Both the position numbers and the translations under genes were made by a program. This document shows positions 57,813 to 64,000 of a stretch of DNA of 64,000 nucleotides, one piece after another. The notes beneath the pieces were generated by a model. That model worked only from the letters and a program-made list of their open reading frames with translations, did not search any database and was not told the origin of the DNA. This DNA is from a virus: the IMG/VR virus record IMGVR_UViG_3300029106_000003, positions 1,317 to 65,316 of that record, one strand, 5' to 3'. The stretch's first letter is position 1, and each line of letters begins with the position of its first letter.

Positions 57813-58596
57813 CATATTCTCCCCCGTCTTGTAGGTTGCCAGTATCTCCCGTTGCCAGCTTGGTGGCGATGGCTTCTGCAAACTCTGCATATCGCTCCTG
57901 TTTGGTCTTGGAATTAGGTTTTTGATGGATTCCGGATTGCTCATCTCGTGCTCGTTTTAGTTCGATTATTAACCAGCGGGCAAAGTGTTGTTGTGCATCG
58001 CTGACGCTTTTTCTTGCAATACCCTCGTTTTGAAGTTTACGGATATATGCCTCGATATATAACATCGATTCGTTCTCGTCGATGTGGTTGTTCATCGATA
58101 GCGTTTCTATCCACGTTTGATTTGAGAGTAGTTCTTCACGCAGTTCTGTCAGTGGCTTGTCAACGTCTTTGCCAAAATCATCTTCTTTTTCTTTGCTTCT
58201 CGATAGAGAAGTTTCTTTTAAATCATTATCATTTTCATTATCATTATCATTATCATTTAAGCCCCCACTGGCTCGTTTGGCTCCCACTGGGTTATTTGGG
58301 GTCGAGTGGCTCGTTTGGCTCCCACTGGACTTTGATTTAACCGTTTCAGAGTTTTTGTCATTACCTCCTTTACGCCCGTTGTTCCGGTTTCTCTCGACAA
58401 TGCCCTGATATTTGAGTTCATCTATCTCGAATTGATTCTTGAAAAACTCAAATGCCATTTCAATGTCCTCCTCTACCGTAACCTCCTCGCCAAGTTGATA
58501 TTTGAATATTGCTCGAAACAGCCTGCCCAGTTGTTTGTCCGATAATTTCGATATGGGTTTATAAAATGATTTATAAATCAAAAAGCTGTCTTTCAT
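57799..58596 (-). CDS. replisome organizer / replication initiator-like protein (DUF4373-like N-terminus) containing internal iterons
   Basis: N-terminal LSDKQLGRLFRAIFKYQLGEE; ND-repeat linker; DNA direct repeats inside gene. Confidence 0.45.
   Translation of the reverse strand: MKDSFLIYKSFYKPISKLSDKQLGRLFRAIFKYQLGEEVTVEEDIEMAFEFFKNQFEIDELKYQGIVERNRNNGRKGGNDKNSETVKSKSSGSQTSHSTPNNPVGAKRASGGLNDNDNDNENDNDLKETSLSRSKEKEDDFGKDVDKPLTELREELLSNQTWIETLSMNNHIDENESMLYIEAYIRKLQNEGIARKSVSDAQQHFARWLIIELKRARDEQSGIHQKPNSKTKQERYAEFAEAIATKLATGDTGNLQDGGEYALPF
58227..58327. repeat. candidate origin: ATCATT hexamer repeats plus 22-bp iterons
   Basis: (cattat)n 58227-58260; TGGCTCGTTTGGCTCCCACTGG at 58269-58290 and 58306-58327, extra CCCACTGG at 58264. 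Confidence 0.5.
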
Positions 58597-58802
58597 TTAT
58601 TCTCAATATTGATAGTGAATGCCCCCCCGTTCAGGGTCTTGTGCTTGTCAATCTCACCGGTTTTGCATAGCTCGTTTATCTCGGATTTGAGTGACCGGAT
58701 AACCACCGACTGTATTTCGGTAAAGCTCGCTATGGAGGGCTCCTTGTTATTCTTTTTCTTTTCCTCGATAATGGAGGATATAACTTGCTTGGCTATAATC
58801 AT
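58593..58802 (-). CDS. hypothetical protein
   Basis: 69-aa ORF. Confidence 0.3.
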   Translation of the reverse strand: MIIAKQVISSIIEEKKKNNKEPSIASFTEIQSVVIRSLKSEINELCKTGEIDKHKTLNGGAFTINIENK

Positions 58803-58829
58803 GGCTATTCTTGTTTTAACAATTCTGGG

Positions 58830-59519
58830 TTATGAGAATACAGCCGGCAGGTACTTGTGCCGGTAAACGTTTTTCAGATAGGTTATCATTTGGTCGTAGC
58901 TCTTGATAAAGCCCTCGTTGATAAGGTCGGCGACTTTTCTTTCCAGCTCGTACAATTCCCGCTGTTTCTTTTCTTCGCCGTATTGGTTGCGGATATTCCT
59001 TTCATGCTCGTTGAACACAATCCAGTTCAACGCTTCGCCTACTTTCTGCATGGCTTGGGGCATGAAGTCTTTCCGAACGATCTTTGAAACAGCCGAGCCT
59101 AGTTTGTTGTAGGCATCGCCGGCTTCGTTGCGGTACTTTATCATTTCGTCATAGACGAATTTCAACACCTTAACTTTAAACGACGGGTTAATCCACATTG
59201 CAAAATCGATGAACAGTAAGGGCGACATCCAAACAGCTCCTGCCTCTTTGCTCCCGTCTTTGTTGGTTCTCGATTTATTTATTATAAGTATTTGATTTAT
59301 AGGTTTTTCGGAATTCCGAATTTGATCGTCGTCATTTATAAGAGCTTTTATAAACTCTTTTGTCTTACTGTTTTCGAGATAGTGGTTAACATTTTTCTTG
59401 TGGTTGTTGCCTTCGTTCCACTGTTTCAACAATTCGGATGCACAGAAAAATCCGTCTTTGGTACGTTGGGTCACATCTATGTTACCCATTCGCCTTTTCA
59501 TCAGTTGGTTCGTTTTCAT
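58830..59519 (-). CDS. KilA-N domain protein
   Basis: TKDGFFCASELLKQWNEG ... AVWMSPLLFIDFAMWINPSFK. Confidence 0.6.
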   Translation of the reverse strand: MKTNQLMKRRMGNIDVTQRTKDGFFCASELLKQWNEGNNHKKNVNHYLENSKTKEFIKALINDDDQIRNSEKPINQILIINKSRTNKDGSKEAGAVWMSPLLFIDFAMWINPSFKVKVLKFVYDEMIKYRNEAGDAYNKLGSAVSKIVRKDFMPQAMQKVGEALNWIVFNEHERNIRNQYGEEKKQRELYELERKVADLINEGFIKSYDQMITYLKNVYRHKYLPAVFS

Positions 59520-60028
59520 AGCGTATTTTTATTTATTGATTTTTGATTGGATAAATTGCAAATACGAAATCCGTGTAGATTTTCGTTTTCTATGCACCAG
59601 CATAACATCTCGTAGGCGGCATCGATAATATCTTCATGTTCGGCAGTGACATAAATGTCTTTATAACAAACCTGTACAAGTAAATCGAATGTGCATTTTA
59701 TCATTAAAGGGCTTGCATACTCATCAATCATTTGTCTGGGCAACAAATCCAAAATATCCTGCAAAGTGAATGTGGGTGCGGTTTCTGCCTCCATATTGTC
59801 AAATTTGTTTGGGACAATACCAAAAGCTAAACTCCAACAATTTTCCACCTCTTTCCCGTCAATTTTGGTAACTTTAACCCAACATGCACTTGCATAGTTT
59901 GTATTTAATCCAAGTTCTTGCAAGTGCTTCATCTGCTCTATTGATAATACTTGTTCGCTCATAATACTAAAATTTACATACCACAAGAAGGTGAATTTAT
60001 GATGTTTTCGTTGTGGCAATATGTGCAC
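59516..60028 (-). CDS. hypothetical protein
   Basis: 170-aa ORF. Confidence 0.4.
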   Translation of the reverse strand: MHILPQRKHHKFTFLWYVNFSIMSEQVLSIEQMKHLQELGLNTNYASACWVKVTKIDGKEVENCWSLAFGIVPNKFDNMEAETAPTFTLQDILDLLPRQMIDEYASPLMIKCTFDLLVQVCYKDIYVTAEHEDIIDAAYEMLCWCIENENLHGFRICNLSNQKSINKNTL

Positions 60029-60222
60029 ATAGATGTCATTGGCGAATAAACTCTACCGCATTTAGGGCATATCCAGCCCTGCATACCGACAAATGTCTGA
60101 GCTTTTTCGAGTCTTGTCATCTCAATAGCTTTTAAGGCATCATCTTCTGAAACTCTACGGTATATATGCCCGCCTGCGCAATCTTCTACGCTTACCGATT
60201 TTATAAATTCTTCTGCTGTCAT
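59974..60222 (-). CDS. small zinc-ribbon protein
   Basis: CPKCGRVYSPMTSMCTYCHNE. Confidence 0.4.
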   Translation of the reverse strand: MTAEEFIKSVSVEDCAGGHIYRRVSEDDALKAIEMTRLEKAQTFVGMQGWICPKCGRVYSPMTSMCTYCHNENIINSPSCGM

Positions 60223-60223
60223 A

Positions 60224-60835
60224 TCATTTGTTTATTTTAGATTCAACGACTTTGTATTTAATGGGCAATCCGGAGCAGGTGATGGCGAGCAGGGCAGAGT
60301 CCCTTTCTTCTTGGTTGCTGCGGGGGCTGTTAAACTCTATCCCGCTCATCTGGCACAACCGCTTCAATTCTTCATGGGTGATCTTGCCGTCTTTCCCTTG
60401 CCAGCACTTGCGCAATGGGGATTGCTCCATGACTTGTATTCCGTAATGCCTCAGCATTTCGACTATCTTGCGACCGGTCTCTTGGTTACGACCTACATGC
60501 TCGCCTTTCTTGGCTGCGCTCGCCCGTGTGTCTTTCGGTGACAAATGCCAGTTGGATTTGTTTTTCCAACCTGCCTCGACATATACCGCCACTCGTTCAT
60601 CGTTTTTATTGCAGTGCTCATGAAGTTTTTTTATGCCCTCTACCAACAAGGGGAATGGGCAAACACTCATCTCCATTTTCATTTTCCTTGTGTCCAATAC
60701 GGAGTAGCCGCTACGCTCCACGTCGGGGTCTATCCCTATCAATACATCGTATTTGAGTTTTCTGTTGTATGTGGCCTGTTCTTCCATTATATTTTGTCTT
60801 TTTATCAGAAAAGTTTCTTTTGTATAGATTCGCAT
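60224..60835 (-). CDS. RuvC-like Holliday junction resolvase
   Basis: VLIGIDPDVERSGYSVLD N-terminal RuvC motif. Confidence 0.55.
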   Translation of the reverse strand: MRIYTKETFLIKRQNIMEEQATYNRKLKYDVLIGIDPDVERSGYSVLDTRKMKMEMSVCPFPLLVEGIKKLHEHCNKNDERVAVYVEAGWKNKSNWHLSPKDTRASAAKKGEHVGRNQETGRKIVEMLRHYGIQVMEQSPLRKCWQGKDGKITHEELKRLCQMSGIEFNSPRSNQEERDSALLAITCSGLPIKYKVVESKINK

Positions 60836-61893
60836 GATTTGTCCGTGAACAGTTTTCGGAATATGTGGAAAAGGACATCTACGACGATACTGTTACCTGC
60901 CATCACATATTGCCTGCTGTCGCTTATTCCCGCATTTTGAATCTTGTTTATATCCGATTCGCTGACACCCATTAACCGGAAACATTCTCTCGGTGTCAGC
61001 CTTCTTATCTTTTCCAGACACAGAAAGTTATTTTCCTGCCACGAGTTGCTTGTTATCGCAGGGCATATCGTGTATGTCCCTCCTTTGTTGAATCCTCTGC
61101 TGCGTTGTATTATCTCGGGTTCCGAATATTCCCCCACGATTATCGAATTGTCGGTCGGACTTAATGCTCCGTTAGCTCTCAGACAATTGGCTGTGCCATC
61201 ACTTGTTTTAGGCAACCATAAAAAGCCTGTTCCTTTTTTTACGTGAGCGATGTTGTGTCTTATGAAACCTTTTATCATTTTCTCGCTCAAAAAATACTTT
61301 TCGTCCACGTCGCATTCGAGAATGTCCCTCAATCTCTTTTCAATGGGTAAGGGTTCCGGGAAATAATACGATTCCGAGTCTCGTATCGAAATCATGAATA
61401 CTCTTTCCCTGTTATGGGGAATGCCGTAGTCTTTCGCATTCAGAACCTTCGTATGGTTCGTGTACCCTAATTGGGAAAGGTATTGTTCCCATGCCGATAA
61501 AAAACACTTGTATTTCCTTCCGGTAAGGGACTTTACATTTTCCATGAGCAGGTATTTCGGCATCTTGGTCTCTATCGCTTTCTCGCATTCCCATAACAGG
61601 CTGCTGCGTGTCCCGCTGCCTTTCTCCAATCCCGCCTGCTTTCCGGCCGTTGAAATGTCCGTGCAGGGGAAAGAATATGTGAACAGGTCGAAGTCGGGAA
61701 CTTTTGCCCAGTCTATATGGCATATATCCCCGAAGTTCCTGTCTCGGTATTGAGGATATACGGCATTATGGGCTTGTATGGCGTACTTGTCGATTTCCGA
61801 CCAGCCGACCAGATCGTAACCGATTCCGAGCCGGTCGAGTGCCATGCACTGGCTGTCATATCCGCTGAATGCTGTAAAGACTTTTAATTGCAT
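60805..61893 (-). CDS. DNA cytosine-5 methyltransferase
   Basis: FSGYDS (motif I), FPCTDIS (PC motif IV), ENV (VI), QYVMAGNSIVVDVL (X); start MQLKVF. Confidence 0.8.
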   Translation of the reverse strand: MQLKVFTAFSGYDSQCMALDRLGIGYDLVGWSEIDKYAIQAHNAVYPQYRDRNFGDICHIDWAKVPDFDLFTYSFPCTDISTAGKQAGLEKGSGTRSSLLWECEKAIETKMPKYLLMENVKSLTGRKYKCFLSAWEQYLSQLGYTNHTKVLNAKDYGIPHNRERVFMISIRDSESYYFPEPLPIEKRLRDILECDVDEKYFLSEKMIKGFIRHNIAHVKKGTGFLWLPKTSDGTANCLRANGALSPTDNSIIVGEYSEPEIIQRSRGFNKGGTYTICPAITSNSWQENNFLCLEKIRRLTPRECFRLMGVSESDINKIQNAGISDSRQYVMAGNSIVVDVLFHIFRKLFTDKSCESIQKKLF

Positions 61894-61914
61894 ATCTTTC
61901 TCTTTTTGTTCGGC

Positions 61915-61945
61915 AGGCGGGACTCGAACCCGCATGATAGGAGTT
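61915..61945 (-). other. tRNA 3'-end fragment (T-arm plus acceptor 3' strand), candidate att core remnant
   Basis: GCGGGTTCGAGTCCCGCCTGCCGAA on minus strand with no complementary 5' half. Confidence 0.4.
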
Positions 61946-62243
61946 TTCCTAAGACTTTCACTTAGTAGTTTTAATTTGTGAGGTTGCGCTCACCGTGCGA
62001 TACTTTCGTATGCCTAAACTCGGAGGAGAATTGTCAAGCGGTAATTTTTATTTTACGGCTACGCCTCTACAAGCTGTGCCATTGCCAACCTATCTATAAG
62101 AGCTACACTTTATCGTATACCAATTCCGACACTGCCGATACCACCTAAAACACTTATGGCTTATTTCTCCCCGCAGTTCCTTCCTCCGTATGGTGCTCGA
62201 CCACGTACCCGGTTCTGCTTGCGGGAATGTCTCACATTATGTC

Positions 62244-63074
62244 TTATTTTATGAATTTATTCATGTCGAATATCATTGAACCACCACCGGTAACTGTCGG
62301 TAGATTCCCGTTCCACTTCTCTATCATATTCTGCTGTATTATCAGAGTGGATAAGGAGGCTGATATTTTTCGGTTATATTCAGCCTCGGCATCTCCTTTT
62401 ATTTTCAATGCGTCTGCCTGTCCTTTCGCTTCGGCAACCTTTTTCTTTGCCGCTGCTTCTACTGCTTTTACTTCATTTTCTATTTTCAAAGCATCTTGTA
62501 CAGCCTTGTTTTTGGCATCTATGGCGGCAACCAAACTCGGTGGATATTGTAAGCCGGATGTCATTTGTTCGAGCTGGAAATTCTCTGCGAGCAACTCTTT
62601 GGACAGTCTGTCTTCTATGGCCTTCTCAAACTCTTCCCGTTTGCTGACCAGCTCGTCGGTAGTATAGGCATTTAACTGTATTCGAAATGCATTCTTTACA
62701 TAGTTATATAGGGTCGTATTGATTATGTCGTCTAAATTGTCTTTTCTATATTTCACGAATACTTGTGCGGCTTTTCCGTCTACTATCTTCAAGGAAATGG
62801 TCGGATCGACAGAAAATGATGAACCGTCTTTGGCATTGATAGTGAACGGTTCATAATCTACCGTCTGGACAAATGTAGGATATTCATAAACAGCTGTGGT
62901 TATCGGATTATACCAAACTGCACCGGTAACCAATGCTACATTGTCAACGCCTTTGGAATCTCCATAAAGATTGACTTTAATGCCTTCGTATCCGGCATCT
63001 ACTCGCTCGTAACAAGAGGTCATCGCCATTGATGTGAAAACGGCTATCAAGCCGATAATGAACTTACTTTTCAT
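62244..63074 (-). CDS. SPFH/band-7 domain lipoprotein
   Basis: Signal peptide plus lipobox IAVFTSMAMTSC; prohibitin-like body then coiled-coil tail. Confidence 0.65.
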   Translation of the reverse strand: MKSKFIIGLIAVFTSMAMTSCYERVDAGYEGIKVNLYGDSKGVDNVALVTGAVWYNPITTAVYEYPTFVQTVDYEPFTINAKDGSSFSVDPTISLKIVDGKAAQVFVKYRKDNLDDIINTTLYNYVKNAFRIQLNAYTTDELVSKREEFEKAIEDRLSKELLAENFQLEQMTSGLQYPPSLVAAIDAKNKAVQDALKIENEVKAVEAAAKKKVAEAKGQADALKIKGDAEAEYNRKISASLSTLIIQQNMIEKWNGNLPTVTGGGSMIFDMNKFIK

Positions 63075-63258
63075 GTTTCTTTTTTAATTTGATTGATGTT
63101 AAACAATTGGTCTTTATTGAAATGGATAGTATGAAGCAAAAGAGGATACAACCTAATATGTTTTCTACTGTGCTAGGAGTAGAAATCATTGTCAATGACG
63201 CTGTGATACCGGCCATGAATAGTATGAACCAAATAAATATAGTTATGATCGTTCTCAT
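63064..63258 (-). CDS. small membrane protein
   Basis: 64 aa, two hydrophobic helices. Confidence 0.3.
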   Translation of the reverse strand: MRTIITIFIWFILFMAGITASLTMISTPSTVENILGCILFCFILSISIKTNCLTSIKLKKKHEK

Positions 63259-63656
63259 TATATCAGGTCCATGATTTTTGTTTTCACAATTCCGTCCAAC
63301 CGCATATCGTTAAGGCCTTGTCTCATGTGTTCTTGCATAAGGCGGTTGGCTTCGGTGATGTCTTTGGCGCAAACGAGGTTGTAGTACTTCGTTTCCTTTT
63401 CATTGCCGTTGTCATCGATGAATATGTCTATCAACGTGGCTTTGTAGAAGGGCTTGCCTTCTTCCTTCTCGTTTACTATCTCGACGACATTAGAGCGGGT
63501 GATAGAGATTACATCGCAATTTCCGTTGTATTGTTCCAGTCCTTTGGCTTCGGCCTCGGCAAATAATCCTACATCGGTGATGAAGTGTTCGACGACTTCT
63601 TTCATCTCTCCTTTGCTGTTCTCTTTTTCTACTTTCAGTTTGATTTCGTAAAACAT
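63258..63656 (-). CDS. DUF4494-like protein
   Basis: MFYEIKLKVEKEN...KATLIDIFIDDNGNEKETKYY pattern common in Bacteroidota. Confidence 0.45.
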   Translation of the reverse strand: MFYEIKLKVEKENSKGEMKEVVEHFITDVGLFAEAEAKGLEQYNGNCDVISITRSNVVEIVNEKEEGKPFYKATLIDIFIDDNGNEKETKYYNLVCAKDITEANRLMQEHMRQGLNDMRLDGIVKTKIMDLI

Positions 63657-63668
63657 CGCTTTTATTTT

Positions 63669-63989
63669 TTATCGGTTAAAAACTTCTTTGAACTTCTCGT
63701 CGAGGGCATTCAATATTCTCATTCGCTCAGCCGCTCTACCTTGATTATCAGTAGTGTAAATTCTCATTAACAATTGCTCTCGTGAGCCACAAAAACAGCC
63801 ACATGTATAAAATGGAGCAACATTGGGATAGTTGTGTTTATACCAGATATGAGTAGTACCTTGTACTGACACATAGGTATCTTTTACCGTAAATTGAAGT
63901 TCTTCCGCTTCGTAATCGGGCTTGTTGGGATTTCTTGCCGCATTACTGCGGACAACACAGTCGCTATCCTTTGCCAGTTCTGTGAGCAC
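63669..63989 (-). CDS. hypothetical protein
   Basis: 106-aa ORF. Confidence 0.35.
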   Translation of the reverse strand: MLTELAKDSDCVVRSNAARNPNKPDYEAEELQFTVKDTYVSVQGTTHIWYKHNYPNVAPFYTCGCFCGSREQLLMRIYTTDNQGRAAERMRILNALDEKFKEVFNR

Positions 63990-64000
63990 ATCGGCGGGGG

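Noticed and set aside
61915-61945. Possibility that the T-arm fragment is the 3' end of a tmRNA (ssrA)
   Set aside because: The acceptor 3' strand CTGCCGA would need a 5' TCGGCAG partner rather than the conserved GGGG start. No tmRNA-like upstream pseudoknot region is evident.
1-64000. CRISPR arrays, rRNA, integrase/recombinase, IS elements
   Set aside because: No regularly spaced short direct repeats. No rRNA-like conserved stretches. No ORF with tyrosine/serine recombinase or DDE transposase motifs recognised in any frame.

Overview
This 64-kb window looks like a temperate siphovirus-type prophage in a Bacteroidota host, with nearly all genes on the minus strand. The host assignment is inferred from TAnnTTTG -7 promoter boxes, absence of Shine-Dalgarno sites, lipobox lipoproteins and a DUF4494 flanking gene. 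From high to low coordinate the order is as follows. Flanking genes come first (SPFH lipoprotein, DUF4494), followed by a tRNA 3'-end fragment at about 61.9 kb that may mark an attachment site. The early region follows: C5 cytosine MTase, RuvC-like resolvase, KilA-N, a replisome-organizer-like gene with internal iterons, an N6A/N4C DNA MTase, MazG, a Panacea-domain antitoxin. Next are portal (49.5-50.9 kb) and a MuF head-morphogenesis protein whose C-terminus looks like a RelA/SpoT-type alarmone synthetase (toxSAS-like), with an HD-domain small alarmone hydrolase two genes downstream. An accessory/lysogeny-like island spans 38-45 kb: HTH-XRE plus ImmA protease fusion, an AbiTii-like protein, Bro antirepressor, a HigB/HigA pair, and HTH plus Fic. 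Small genes and two tRNA genes lie at 33.4-33.7 kb (tRNA-Cys GCA and a tRNA with an atypical anticodon loop). A tightly overlapped cassette (29.4-33.2 kb) encodes a Cys-cluster/GNAT protein, an unknown enzyme and a 695-aa protein with an amidoligase-like N-terminus. This cassette lies just upstream of ParB-like, TerS and TerL and may be a phage metabolite, peptide or DNA modification system. The late region runs from scaffold and capsid through head-tail and tail tube genes. It contains antisense morons, including a PD-(D/E)xK HsdR-N-like nuclease and a lipoprotein. It continues through a 1343-aa tape measure, a 1097-aa tail spike or hub with a C-terminal S74 intramolecular-chaperone domain, and a collagen-like tail fibre with a low-GC C-terminal domain. 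The late region ends with a Panacea antitoxin next to a small membrane protein, an M15 endolysin translationally coupled to a u-spanin-like lipoprotein, and further tail or host-interaction genes running off the left edge. A 27-bp palindrome sits immediately upstream of a TAnnTTTG box at five operon starts. A 125-bp promoter plus start-codon cassette is repeated three times. Several rho-independent terminators are visible. No integrase, CRISPR array or rRNA was seen. All functional calls come from motif recognition by eye without database searches.
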